NCBI GenBank assembly: GCA_963792535.1
Contig: CAWBWQ010000001.1
Span: forward strand, 256,001 to 320,000
Length of the DNA stretch: 64,000 nucleotides
Source: an uncultured Phycisphaerales bacterium
GTDB taxonomy: Bacteria; Planctomycetota; Phycisphaerae; Tepidisphaerales; Tepidisphaeraceae
Direction: 5' to 3'
Position 1 is the first letter of the stretch. Every line of letters begins with the position of its first letter. The translations under genes and the position numbers were made by a program. Below, piece by piece: positions 23,186 through 32,788 of this stretch. Under the pieces are notes generated by a model. The model was given only the letters and a program-made list of their open reading frames with translations. It searched no databases and was not told the DNA's origin.

Positions 23186-23944
23186 CTATCGAGAACCACC
23201 GCTGACATATAGCGTTTCGCCGGTAATCCAGCCGGAATCATTCGAGGCGAGAAACACCACCGCTTTTGCAATGTCGCCGGGTTGACCGATTCGACCCAGC
23301 GGGCTCTGCGCTTCATACTGTTTGCGGAATTCCGCCTCGGAGTCACTGAAACCAACTGAGGTAGTGCCTTCAGTCAGGACAAGCCCCGGGTTAACCGAAT
23401 TCACGCGGATATTTCGCCGACCGAGTTCCTGACCCAGCGATCGTGTGACCGCATCCACCGCTGCCTTGGTCGCGCTGTACACCGCGCCATTGGGCGGGGC
23501 GAGCGTTGCCACAATCGAACTGACATTGATGATATTTCCACCATTAGGTCCAAAGTGCTTGACCGCTTCCTGGGATGCAAGGATCAGCCCTAGCACGTTC
23601 AGGTCAAACTGACGATGAAACGAATCAGCGGTGATTGCTTCCAGCGGAGCAAATTCGTAGATGCCTGCGTTGTTGACGAGAATATCGACATGGTCATACG
23701 CCTTTTTCGATTCATCGAACAGGCGAGTGATTTCCGCGGCCTTTGAGACGTTTGCCTGCACCGCGATTGCCTTGCCGCCCTTGCCGGTAATTTCGTTTAC
23801 AACTCGGTCGGCTCCTTCCCTGCTGGAACTGTAATTGACCACGACCGATGCGCCCTCGGCCGCAAGATGCGTCGCGATCGCCGCGCCGATCCCCTTGGAT
23901 GCCCCGGTGACAATCGCCACTTTTCCCGCGAGTTTCTGTGCCAT
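23186..23944 (-). CDS. SDR family oxidoreductase
   Basis: TGASKGIG, NNAG, YSATK; AGGAG RBS. Confidence 0.95.
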   Translation of the reverse strand: MAQKLAGKVAIVTGASKGIGAAIATHLAAEGASVVVNYSSSREGADRVVNEITGKGGKAIAVQANVSKAAEITRLFDESKKAYDHVDILVNNAGIYEFAPLEAITADSFHRQFDLNVLGLILASQEAVKHFGPNGGNIINVSSIVATLAPPNGAVYSATKAAVDAVTRSLGQELGRRNIRVNSVNPGLVLTEGTTSVGFSDSEAEFRKQYEAQSPLGRIGQPGDIAKAVVFLASNDSGWITGETLYVSGGSR

Positions 23945-23981
23945 AACGAACTCCTTCCTGAAAGAGTAAAAAAGATTTATG

Positions 23982-24048
23982 TACCGAACGGTAACAATGT
24001 ATGCAGGTGGATTTAGCCAGTCAAGAAGATTAATATACCGTTAGGTAT
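23982..24048. promoter_or_regulatory. Two TetR operator palindromes
   Basis: TACCGAACGGTA (23982..23993) and ATACCGTTAGGTAT (24035..24048, over the tetR start). Confidence 0.7.
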
Positions 24049-24659
24049 GAAAGCAGGTGAAACAGTCAAACATCGAGGCCGCCCGCGCGCATTTGATATC
24101 GACGCGGCGCTGGACCAGGCGCTGCGCGTTTTTTGGAAAAATGGATACGAGGGGGCCTCTCTCCCTGAATTGACCGCGGCCATGGGGATCAATCGCCCCA
24201 GCTTGTACGCGGCTTTTGGGAATAAAGAAGAATTATTCCGCAAGGCGGTTGAGGCGCTATCTTCAAACCGCCGGGGGAATGATGCGCGAAGCACTGGATC
24301 AACCCACCGCCCGGGGCACTGTGGAAATGCTGCTGAAACGAAGCATCGCTAAACCGACCCGGTCCCGCCCGCGCGGCTGTCTGCTTGTCCAGGGCGCGCT
24401 GGCATGCAGTGATGCGTCACGGGCGGTCAGGCGAGAGCTTTCTACCTTGCGGCTTGCCAACGAAATGCTGCTTCGCCGCCGCTTCGAGCAGGCAATCGCC
24501 CAGAAAGATCTCCCCGCTGATTCCGATGCCGCGGCGCTGGCTACGTTTATTTCCACTTTTCTTCAGGGCCTGGCCGTCCAGGCGGCGGGTGGGGCAAGTT
24601 GCAAAGCATTGTCGGCTGCTGTGGAAGTGGCCCTGAGGGCGTGGCCTACGCCGGTGTGA
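24047..24659 (+). CDS. TetR/AcrR family regulator (frameshift ~24255)
   Basis: GRPRAFD...GYEGASL...SLYAAFGNKEELF; C-terminal RGCLLV. Confidence 0.92.
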
Positions 24660-24867
24660 TCGACTTGCCCGTTATGGCAGTCTGACCCTTCGCGGCGGCG
24701 TCTTGTTCCGGCGCGACGGGCTGATATGGGCAGTGTCGACAGCCCGAGCCGCAACACGTTCCTCGCCTGGTTAAAAACGCAGATGTGAAAATCCATCGTC
24801 CGTTCTCGATCACGTAATCGATGCCCGCAACCAGCGCGTCTTGCTCAGAAAATTCTGCTTCAGGCAT
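24646..24867 (-). CDS. DUF5522-like small Cys-rich protein
   Basis: RRGTCCGSGCRHCPY; start overlaps the MFS stop. Confidence 0.8.
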   Translation of the reverse strand: MPEAEFSEQDALVAGIDYVIENGRWIFTSAFLTRRGTCCGSGCRHCPYQPVAPEQDAAAKGQTAITGKSITPA

Positions 24868-26236
24868 GCGCGGGTTCCAGTTCCTCAGCGGGTCTCGCAT
24901 CTGCAAGCGATCCAAAACTCCGGACCTGCGGCCACACCGCATTTACCACCAATACAACAAAAATAGTGCCTATTCCACCGGCGACAACCGACCAGATCGG
25001 GCCCATCCACTGTGCGGTTAACCCAGATTCAAAACCGCCCAGTTCATTGCTCGCGCCGATGAAGACATTATTCACCGCCGACACCCTGCCCCGCATGGTA
25101 TCGGGCGTGAGCACCTGCACCAGCGTATGCCGGATGACCACGCTGATATTGTCAAACGCGCCGGTGAGGAACAGCATGACCAGCGAAAGCACGAAAGAGC
25201 GCGAGAGGCCGAATACAATCGTTGCCAGTCCAAAACCCAGAACCGCCCAGAGCAAGTTCCGCCCTGCTTTTTTCATCGGCGGGAGATGCGCGACGATCAC
25301 CGCCATGACCAGCGCCTCCATCGCCGGGGCGGCCCGCATCCAGCCGAACCCCACCGCGTCAATCCGCAGGACCGACTTGGCGTAGAGCGGTAACAGATAG
25401 GTTGCCCCGCCGAATAAAACCGCAAACAGATCCAGCGTGATGGTAGCCAGGATGATCTTGTTCAGGCGAACGAACTGGATCCCAGCCAGAAGCGTTTTCA
25501 GGCTGGGGGTCTCAACCCGTCTGGCCACGGGGCGCACCTCCGTGACGGCGAGCAACACCACCAGCGCCATGCCACCCAGCGCATCAACCAGGTACGTAAT
25601 CGGCAGCGTGCGGACGACCTTTTGCCCGAGGTGTATCGAATCGATCGCGATGATTCCGCCGGCCACCGCGGGGCCGATCATCGATGCCACCTGGAATAAG
25701 CTGCTCGACCAGGTGGTGGCGTTGCTATACAGCGCGATGGGAACGATCTGGCGGCGCAGCGACGATTGAGCGGGTCCACCGACGGCGGACATCGTCGTAG
25801 CCGCAAGCAGTAAAGCGTACATCCAGAGCAGCGGGGCGACCTCAAAGGAAACAACGGCCAGTCCCACCGAACAAAGCGCACCAGCGAAACAGGTCAGCAT
25901 GGTCAATCGCTTGCGATCGACCGAGTCGGCAAGGTGGCCGGCGGGCAGCGCGAGCAGGATGACCGGCAATGCTCCGATCAGTCCGACCATCCCCAGGGCA
26001 AGTGCGGGCTTAGCGCTGCGCAGGGTAATTTCCCAACCGACGGCTGCAATCAGGAATTCCTGACCCATGCGGCTCAGCGTCATTCCCGCAAGATATCGGC
26101 GATAAGCAGGCAACCGAAGGACTGCATACGGGTCATGACCGACGGCAGCTGTTTCGGCGGGTATTTGTTGTTCGAGTGACTGCTCTGTCAGCGATACACC
26201 GCCGGGGCGTGGTGGGTCAGGGATGTCAGTTGGCAT
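24860..26236 (-). CDS. MFS transporter (EntS/MFS_3-like)
   Basis: About 12 hydrophobic segments, GHLADSVDRK, PDTMRGRV. Confidence 0.92.
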   Translation of the reverse strand: MPTDIPDPPRPGGVSLTEQSLEQQIPAETAAVGHDPYAVLRLPAYRRYLAGMTLSRMGQEFLIAAVGWEITLRSAKPALALGMVGLIGALPVILLALPAGHLADSVDRKRLTMLTCFAGALCSVGLAVVSFEVAPLLWMYALLLAATTMSAVGGPAQSSLRRQIVPIALYSNATTWSSSLFQVASMIGPAVAGGIIAIDSIHLGQKVVRTLPITYLVDALGGMALVVLLAVTEVRPVARRVETPSLKTLLAGIQFVRLNKIILATITLDLFAVLFGGATYLLPLYAKSVLRIDAVGFGWMRAAPAMEALVMAVIVAHLPPMKKAGRNLLWAVLGFGLATIVFGLSRSFVLSLVMLFLTGAFDNISVVIRHTLVQVLTPDTMRGRVSAVNNVFIGASNELGGFESGLTAQWMGPIWSVVAGGIGTIFVVLVVNAVWPQVRSFGSLADARPAEELEPAHA

Positions 26237-26265
26237 GATTCGAAGGCAAGTGTAGGCGAAGTATT

Positions 26266-27123
26266 CTATTCCAGCGAAGCGGTGGCCTGGAAACTTCCCT
26301 TGGGGGAGGGAACACCGCCGGTGACTTCGTTGGTGACAGCCGCCAGCTTTAGAGGGCCCAGGTTCGGAGGGATATCAACCTGAATCTTTCCCTTCCCTGA
26401 GGCGTCCACGTCAAACGTCCCAGCCTCGACGGGGGCACCGGTGACCGGCACAAACCATAACTCATAGGTCTGCCCGGCGGCGGCGGGGGTCATGCCGTCG
26501 GTGAGCATGGTCCATTGCTTTTGCTTTTTATCCCACAGCAGGTTGGCCACCGCGTGCGGCTGCAACGCCGTTGGCTGCAGACTGACGAGTTTTAGATCGG
26601 GGGATCGCAGAAGATCCACCACCTGTGTGTCAGATGCATGTGTGGCGTTCAGAAGTTTTAACTGTTGTTCCTGGCTCATCAGAATTGCGGAGTTCAGGTC
26701 GTTTTGATTCCGCAGCCGTGTTGCCTGCTGCTGCAGGTCAGTGACGCGCAGATTCATGAAAGCGTGGGTGGCAATGATCGCAAGTCCCGCGGCAACGGCG
26801 GCGGGAACCAGATATCGAAACAGGCGAATCGGCAACGAATCCCCTTGAAAATCCTCCTGCCGATGCTGGATGACTTTCATCGAAGCGGCGGATTTTTCAG
26901 CCGCTTCGATCCGCTCCATGAGTCGGGCCTTGAGATATGGAGGCGGCGCGATGCGCTCAAGGGCAAGGGCGGAAGTTGCCACCAAGGCTTCGGCCTCAGC
27001 GAGTTGACCGGTGCAGGCGGGGCAACCCGTTTGAAGGTGCTCGCGCAATTCCTCTGCTTCAGATGCCTCCAGGGCATCAGATATATAAAGCAGCAGAAGA
27101 TCGCGTCTTTGGTCGCAGTTCAC
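26266..27123 (-). CDS. Anti-sigma factor (ZAS + RskA domain)
   Basis: HLQTGCPAC, TM helix, YELW...AVTNE...P; downstream of the ECF sigma. Confidence 0.9.
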   Translation of the reverse strand: MNCDQRRDLLLLYISDALEASEAEELREHLQTGCPACTGQLAEAEALVATSALALERIAPPPYLKARLMERIEAAEKSAASMKVIQHRQEDFQGDSLPIRLFRYLVPAAVAAGLAIIATHAFMNLRVTDLQQQATRLRNQNDLNSAILMSQEQQLKLLNATHASDTQVVDLLRSPDLKLVSLQPTALQPHAVANLLWDKKQKQWTMLTDGMTPAAAGQTYELWFVPVTGAPVEAGTFDVDASGKGKIQVDIPPNLGPLKLAAVTNEVTGGVPSPKGSFQATASLE

Positions 27124-27166
27124 GGTGTCGTCTCAGATCCTGTTAAATAATGTCGGTCTGATTGCC

Positions 27167-27727
27167 TCATTGAGTAGTACGTAATTTCTCACGCAATTGG
27201 ATGATACCTTGTCGGATATACGTTTTTACGCTGCCCAGGGGCCGATTCAGCTTCTTTGCGATCTCACTGTGGCTCAGTCCTTCGTAAAACGAGCATTCCA
27301 GAGCCTCGCGTTGGGCGGGTTCAAGGTCAGATAATGCTGCCCGTACCTGCGCCGAGCGTTCCTGCAGATCGATCGATTCCAGGGCGCTGGGAACCGGATC
27401 GGTTTGCGCGCCGGCATCTGTGAAATCGCTGGTGATTTTAGGTCGTGCGCTCTGGGTCCGCTTGCGGTCGATCGCCCGGCTTCGGGCGAGTGTGACCAGA
27501 TAGGTCAGCGGGCTTCCGCGCATGGGATCAAATCGATCGGACCTGGTCCAGACTTCAAAAAAGATATCGGTAAGCGCATCCTCGGCCTCGCCGGAGTCTT
27601 TCAGTACCCGGCGGCAGATTGCGAGCACCAGTGGGCTATGCCGGTCGTAAAAAGTTGATAACGCGGAGCGATCGCCGCCGGCGATGGCGGCCATCAATGC
27701 GAAGTCGTCGGGAACGTTTGTGCTCAT
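27167..27727 (-). CDS. ECF RNA polymerase sigma factor (SigK-like)
   Basis: AEDALTDIF, ARSRAID, GLSHSEIA...GSVKT. Confidence 0.93.
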   Translation of the reverse strand: MSTNVPDDFALMAAIAGGDRSALSTFYDRHSPLVLAICRRVLKDSGEAEDALTDIFFEVWTRSDRFDPMRGSPLTYLVTLARSRAIDRKRTQSARPKITSDFTDAGAQTDPVPSALESIDLQERSAQVRAALSDLEPAQREALECSFYEGLSHSEIAKKLNRPLGSVKTYIRQGIIQLREKLRTTQ

Positions 27728-27890
27728 GCAGAAAAGTGGGAAAGGAAAACGCCTGCCGAGGATGGTAGCAGGCGCAGGGCTGATGGCAAATGGGCGTTTT
27801 GTAGCCGTTCGATAACCGATCATTTCAGGTTCGTCGGGCGGGCGCGATTCGCATCTGGAGGTACCTGGAAGTTTCCTTTACGCTAAGCGG

Positions 27891-28532
27891 ATGTGGTTTG
27901 ATTCGACGGTGGCGCAAGCGGATTGGATCGAGGGGCAAAAACGTCTGAGCCGGGTCGATCCGGTGCTCAAAGCGATCATTAAAAAGGTGGGCCCCTGCAC
28001 GTTGAAACGCCGCAAGGATTATTTCGTCGTGCTGTGCAAATCGATTTTCAGTCAGCAGATCTCGGTGAAAGTGGCAGCTGTGTTGTTTCACCGGTTTCGC
28101 AATCAGTTCCCCCTGCGGCGGCCGACACCCGCGCGGGTGATCGAACTGTTCAGTAAACCCGCCGAGCAGATCAACGCGGTCGGACTTTCGCGCCAGAAAC
28201 AGGCGTATATTCTGGATCTCGCCCGGCACTTTGAGTCCGGCGAGTTGCGTGTCGCGCGGTTCGCGAAAATGAGCGATGAGGAGATCATCGAAGCCCTGGT
28301 GGCGGTGAAAGGCATCGGTCGATGGACGGCTGAGATGTTTTTGATTTTTGTGCTCAATCGCCCGGATGTTTTTCCCGTGGATGACCTGGGCCTGCGAAAA
28401 AACGTGCAGCGCGCCTATGGATTGGCGGAGATGCCCAAGACTGCCGAACTGAAACTGCTGGGCGAAAAATGGAGGCCCTATCGGTCGCTGGCAACCTGGT
28501 ATTTCTGGCGGATGCCGGAAGAGAAGAATTAG
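27891..28532 (+). CDS. alkA: DNA-3-methyladenine glycosylase II (AlkA family)
   Basis: SQQIS, HhH VKGIGRWTAEM, PVDDLG, WRPYRS. Confidence 0.92.
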   Translation: MWFDSTVAQADWIEGQKRLSRVDPVLKAIIKKVGPCTLKRRKDYFVVLCKSIFSQQISVKVAAVLFHRFRNQFPLRRPTPARVIELFSKPAEQINAVGLSRQKQAYILDLARHFESGELRVARFAKMSDEEIIEALVAVKGIGRWTAEMFLIFVLNRPDVFPVDDLGLRKNVQRAYGLAEMPKTAELKLLGEKWRPYRSLATWYFWRMPEEKN

Positions 28533-28564
28533 CGTGTTGGCAATACCCGGGGTTTGCCCGGCGC

Positions 28565-29208
28565 TTATTCGCCCAGCTGATTGCGCATAGCATTGGCGAT
28601 GGCCTTTTCCAAACCTTTGTCTCGCCGCAGGGGGTACCAGTAATCGCTGGCGATGACCGCGCCGGATTGATCGGCGGGATCGTAGACCGTGCGTTTGGCG
28701 CTCAGGGCGTTGTGGTATTGGGTAATGGAAGTCAATCGCCGCTCGGTGGAAGTAAAACGTTCGACAAGCACCTTAGGGCTTGCCTGAAAAGTACCGTCGG
28801 GATTGCGGGTGACTTCAAAATGCACCGTCCGGCGGATAGTCGCCAGGGAGGATTCCGCCAGATCGCCTGCTGAAGCCGTATCGCGACGCCAGGGCTCGAA
28901 GAATTGCGCGGACACCACGGGTTCGCTAGTGATGAGTCCGTCACGATACTGCTCGCGATCCAGCGGGAAAAGCCGCACGTATAACTGTCCTTTGCAGGCG
29001 TTCCACAGCTTGTCGAAATCGCGGCTGGTGACATGCTGCTCGGCTGGTTGATTCCACCAGTAGTCCGGCGTGGCCTGCTCGGGATCCACCGCGGTGGCGA
29101 GCTTCGCATTTGGATCGGTTTTGTAAAAAATGCAACCGGGCAGCGCCGGCAAAACCATCAGCAACGCAAAGGCGAAAAGTGTCCAGCTTCTGGCGGTAAA
29201 TTTCGTCA
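28565..29208 (-). CDS. Hypothetical lipoprotein
   Basis: Signal peptide ending LPGC (lipobox); downstream of pyk. Confidence 0.8.
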
Positions 29209-29268
29209 TTGCGTTCGGTCCTCGATCCAACGGCCTGGAAGTCTGGTTGTCTGCATATGCGGCGGCGC

Positions 29269-30762
29269 TCAGTCGCGTTCCGATTTGACCATTTGCCGAA
29301 GCATCTGGGCAGTGGGGACCGGGATCCAGGGGTCACCGACGGTGTGGATGACAATACCGTTCATCGCGCCGGGCATGGAGTGACTCCACCCGGCGATGAT
29401 GAGGATTCGATCCTTTAATGCTGCATATTTGCCAGCCAATACAAAGTCGTCCACCTTGGCGATCAGCGCGCTCAGATCCGGCGAGGCGGACATTTCCTGC
29501 GGGATCACTCCATAATGCAGCGTCATCCGGCGAAGGGAGCGATGATCTGGTGACATCGCCACAATCGGCACTGGAAAACGATGCTTGCTGAACACCCGGG
29601 CGGTAGTGCCGGTCTGCGTCCAGACCACGACGAGTTTTGCGTTCACATCGCGGACAATCCGTATACCGCCCTGTGCAAGTGCGCCGGCCAGAAGGGTGGT
29701 TTTCACTGGATCAGGTAATTGAAAACGCGCCGAATCACCGGCCAGATATTGTTCTGTGACCTCGGCAATGTGAGCCATCGTGTGGACCGTGATCACAGGG
29801 AATTTTCCCACGCTGGTTTCGCCGCTGAGCATGACGGCGTCGGTGCCGTCGAAAATGGCGTTGGCGACATCGCTGACCTCGGCGCGGGTGGGCGACGACT
29901 GCTCGACCATGCTCTGAAGCATCTGCGTTGCGACAATCACCGGTTTGGCCGCGGTGTGGCATCGGCGGATGAGATCCTTCTGGATAATTGGCACGAGGGC
30001 GACATCCATCTCAACCCCAAGATCGCCCCGCGCGACCATGAGACCGTCGCTGGCATCGATGATTTCGTCGATAAATTCAACCGCTTCGGGCTTTTCGATC
30101 TTGGCGATCAGGTTAATGTCGCTGATCTTGTCCTGGAGATAACTTCGCAGTTCCCGCAGATCCGCCGCCCGGCGAACGAAGGAAAGCGCCAGGTAATCCA
30201 GCCGCTGGTCGACGGCCCAGTCGACGCACTCCCAGTCGCGCTCAGTCATGGATGGAACATTGACGGCGGTGTCCGGCAGATTAATGCCTTTGGCGCTTTT
30301 CAGAATCCCACCGGAGGTGGTGTTGCAGATCAGCTCATTTTGATTTTTTTCAGTGACGACAAAGCGCAGCAGCCCATCTTCCACCAGCACGCGCTGTCCC
30401 ACCTGCACTTCGTCAACAAGACCGGCGAAGATCGATGAGACACGGCCGTCGTGGCCTTCGATTGCGTCACGTTGAATGACCAGGGTGTCACCAACTTTGA
30501 CCGGCATACCGCCGGTGTTGTCGATATTTTTGATGGCTCCCAGCCGGATTTTCGGACCGCATAAATCGCCCAGCACCGCAATCGGGTGATCGAATCGGCT
30601 GGCGGCTTCGTGAATGTTTCGCAGCGTCAGCAGGTGTCCGTCCAGCGAACCGTGCGAAAAATTAAGCCGGCAGACACTGACCCCGGCTTTGAAAAGCCGA
30701 AGCAGTGTTTCCACATCCCCGCATGCGGGGCCCATGGTTGCAACAATTTTCGTGCGGATCAT
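29269..30762 (-). CDS. pyk: Pyruvate kinase
   Basis: TKIVATMGP, RLNFSHG, AKIE, MVARGDLGVE, ATQML, PTRAE, MLSGE. Confidence 0.98.
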   Translation of the reverse strand: MIRTKIVATMGPACGDVETLLRLFKAGVSVCRLNFSHGSLDGHLLTLRNIHEAASRFDHPIAVLGDLCGPKIRLGAIKNIDNTGGMPVKVGDTLVIQRDAIEGHDGRVSSIFAGLVDEVQVGQRVLVEDGLLRFVVTEKNQNELICNTTSGGILKSAKGINLPDTAVNVPSMTERDWECVDWAVDQRLDYLALSFVRRAADLRELRSYLQDKISDINLIAKIEKPEAVEFIDEIIDASDGLMVARGDLGVEMDVALVPIIQKDLIRRCHTAAKPVIVATQMLQSMVEQSSPTRAEVSDVANAIFDGTDAVMLSGETSVGKFPVITVHTMAHIAEVTEQYLAGDSARFQLPDPVKTTLLAGALAQGGIRIVRDVNAKLVVVWTQTGTTARVFSKHRFPVPIVAMSPDHRSLRRMTLHYGVIPQEMSASPDLSALIAKVDDFVLAGKYAALKDRILIIAGWSHSMPGAMNGIVIHTVGDPWIPVPTAQMLRQMVKSERD

Positions 30763-30931
30763 GATTCACCTTTTGCCGCGGGTGGAAACACACGCCCGAT
30801 CTTCAAAGCCCCGAACACTTTGCATCATACGGATCGCACCCCTGAGTAAAAGGGGAGCATTTGCTGTCATCCGCAGAGGGATTACCCAGCCTGATGATCT
30901 GATTTTTTTGATTGCCGAGAGCCGGTTTGGC

Positions 30932-31369
30932 TTACTGAGGATTTGTTTCGGGTGACTTGTCTGTGGTCGGCGCGGCCCGCAGAGGTTCCTCGGCTCGCTC
31001 GATCAGTTTGCGAATCTCCCCAGGCGGCGGTGTTGTGTTATACGCCTGAAGTTTGCGATCGTATTGGATGTCGCGGGCGGCGGCTGAGCGCAGTTCATGC
31101 TCGCCGGGCGAAAACTGATACACGCTTAGCGTCTGATTCTGCGCATCCATCACATAACACCCCCAGGTGTTGGGCGACAGCTGCCCCGGCATGACCACCA
31201 GCCCGCCGCTGCTTCCGGAAATGGTGGGGAACAAGGCCTGGCCCAACGCCGTCGATCCGCCAGGCCCGCGCCCATCGCGTGTGAACAGGGTTAGCAGTAC
31301 CAACAGCATGACAGCCCCGTTGAAGTACAGAGCTGCAACGATGCGATTTGCTGGAAGTAAACTTGGCAT
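30932..31369 (-). CDS. Hypothetical membrane-anchored protein
   Basis: 145 aa with N-terminal TM helix; TATTCT 7 nt before the ATG. Confidence 0.75.
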   Translation of the reverse strand: MPSLLPANRIVAALYFNGAVMLLVLLTLFTRDGRGPGGSTALGQALFPTISGSSGGLVVMPGQLSPNTWGCYVMDAQNQTLSVYQFSPGEHELRSAAARDIQYDRKLQAYNTTPPPGEIRKLIERAEEPLRAAPTTDKSPETNPQ

Positions 31370-31494
31370 GCCGCGTAGAATACCAGATTGCCGCTCGCCC
31401 GTCGTCGATCGTTCGCCGGGGTCATCAGCAAGTAGAGTGACAACGATCCGGGGGAACTTGTGAGACCATTATCCGCCGGTATCATCGCCGCTGA

Positions 31495-32667
31495 ATGAAA
31501 CGAATTGCAGTTCTAGGCTCCACCGGATCCATTGGTTGCAACACGCTGGATGTGATCGCACATCTGGGCGAAGATTTTCGCGTTACGGCATTGTCGGCTC
31601 ATAAGCAGACCGACAAACTGATCGAACAAGTGCGCCGATATCGACCGGCGGTGGTGGCGGTAACCGATCAAACCACCGCCGCCGCGGTTACTCCAATCCT
31701 GCGCGAGCTGGCGGCGCAGGTTCTGGCGGGCCCGTCGGGTCTGGTCGATCTGGTGCGTCGTGAGGATGTGGACACGGTGGTTGCCGCGGTTGTCGGGGCA
31801 GCGGGACTGCCCGCCGCCATCGCAACGATCGAAGCCGGCAAACCACTGGCACTTGCCAATAAGGAATCACTGGTGTGCGCCGGCTCGATTCTGATTCCCC
31901 TGGCCCGCAGGAAGGGTGTGCCGATCCTCCCGGTTGATTCGGAACATTCGGCCATCTTCCAGGCGATGTTATCCGGCAGGCGTGATGAGGTGCGTCGGGT
32001 GATTCTCACCGCCAGTGGTGGGCCGTTTCGCACGGCGTCCAAAGAAACCATCGAGCGGGCGACCCTTGCCGATGCCCTGAACCACCCCACCTGGAAAATG
32101 GGCGGAAAAATCACCATCGACTCGGCGACAATGTTTAATAAGGCCCTGGAGCTAATCGAAGCCTGCTGGTTATTCGATCTTGCGCCCGAGCAGATTGAAA
32201 TTGTGGTGCATCCTGAATCGGTGGTGCATTCAATGGTTGAATTTATCGACGGGTCTGTGATTGCCCAGCTGTCTCCGCCCGATATGCGGACACCGATCCA
32301 ATATGCGCTGACGTATCCGCAGCGCCGGGAGGGAAACAGCCGAAAACTCGATCTGACCCGGGCGTTCAGCCTGCGGTTTGAACCGCCGGATTTCGAGCGA
32401 TTTCCCGCACTGCGCATGGCGTACGAGGTTGCCCGCAAAGGCGGCACCGCCGGGGTAGTGCTCAATGCCGCCAACGAGGCGGCGGTCGAGGCATTCACAT
32501 CCCATAAGATCCGCTTTATTGAGATTTCCCGACTTGTCGAGCTTACACTTAAACAGCACGAGGTTCAGATGCATCCTTCGGTGGACGATCTGTTTGCAGC
32601 GGACGCGTGGGCCAGGGCTTCGGTGGCGAGCGAAATTCGGCGAACAAAACTTGAAGCCGTCGAGTAA
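31495..32667 (+). CDS. dxr: 1-deoxy-D-xylulose-5-phosphate reductoisomerase
   Basis: LGSTGSIG, LANKES, PVDSEHSA, TASGGPF, HPTW, KITIDSA. Confidence 0.98.
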   Translation: MKRIAVLGSTGSIGCNTLDVIAHLGEDFRVTALSAHKQTDKLIEQVRRYRPAVVAVTDQTTAAAVTPILRELAAQVLAGPSGLVDLVRREDVDTVVAAVVGAAGLPAAIATIEAGKPLALANKESLVCAGSILIPLARRKGVPILPVDSEHSAIFQAMLSGRRDEVRRVILTASGGPFRTASKETIERATLADALNHPTWKMGGKITIDSATMFNKALELIEACWLFDLAPEQIEIVVHPESVVHSMVEFIDGSVIAQLSPPDMRTPIQYALTYPQRREGNSRKLDLTRAFSLRFEPPDFERFPALRMAYEVARKGGTAGVVLNAANEAAVEAFTSHKIRFIEISRLVELTLKQHEVQMHPSVDDLFAADAWARASVASEIRRTKLEAVE

Positions 32668-32788
32668 TTGACACATTCGAACAGCGAAAAATCGAAACAA
32701 AAGTCCGGCGCAGGAATGTTGATGTTTAAGGCAAACTTGTCGCTTCGTATGGCACTTTGACCTTTGCGTATCTGAGGAAATCAATTAA

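Noticed and set aside
30885..30930. CTGATGA as a hammerhead ribozyme core
   Set aside because: No matching GAAA or flanking stems.
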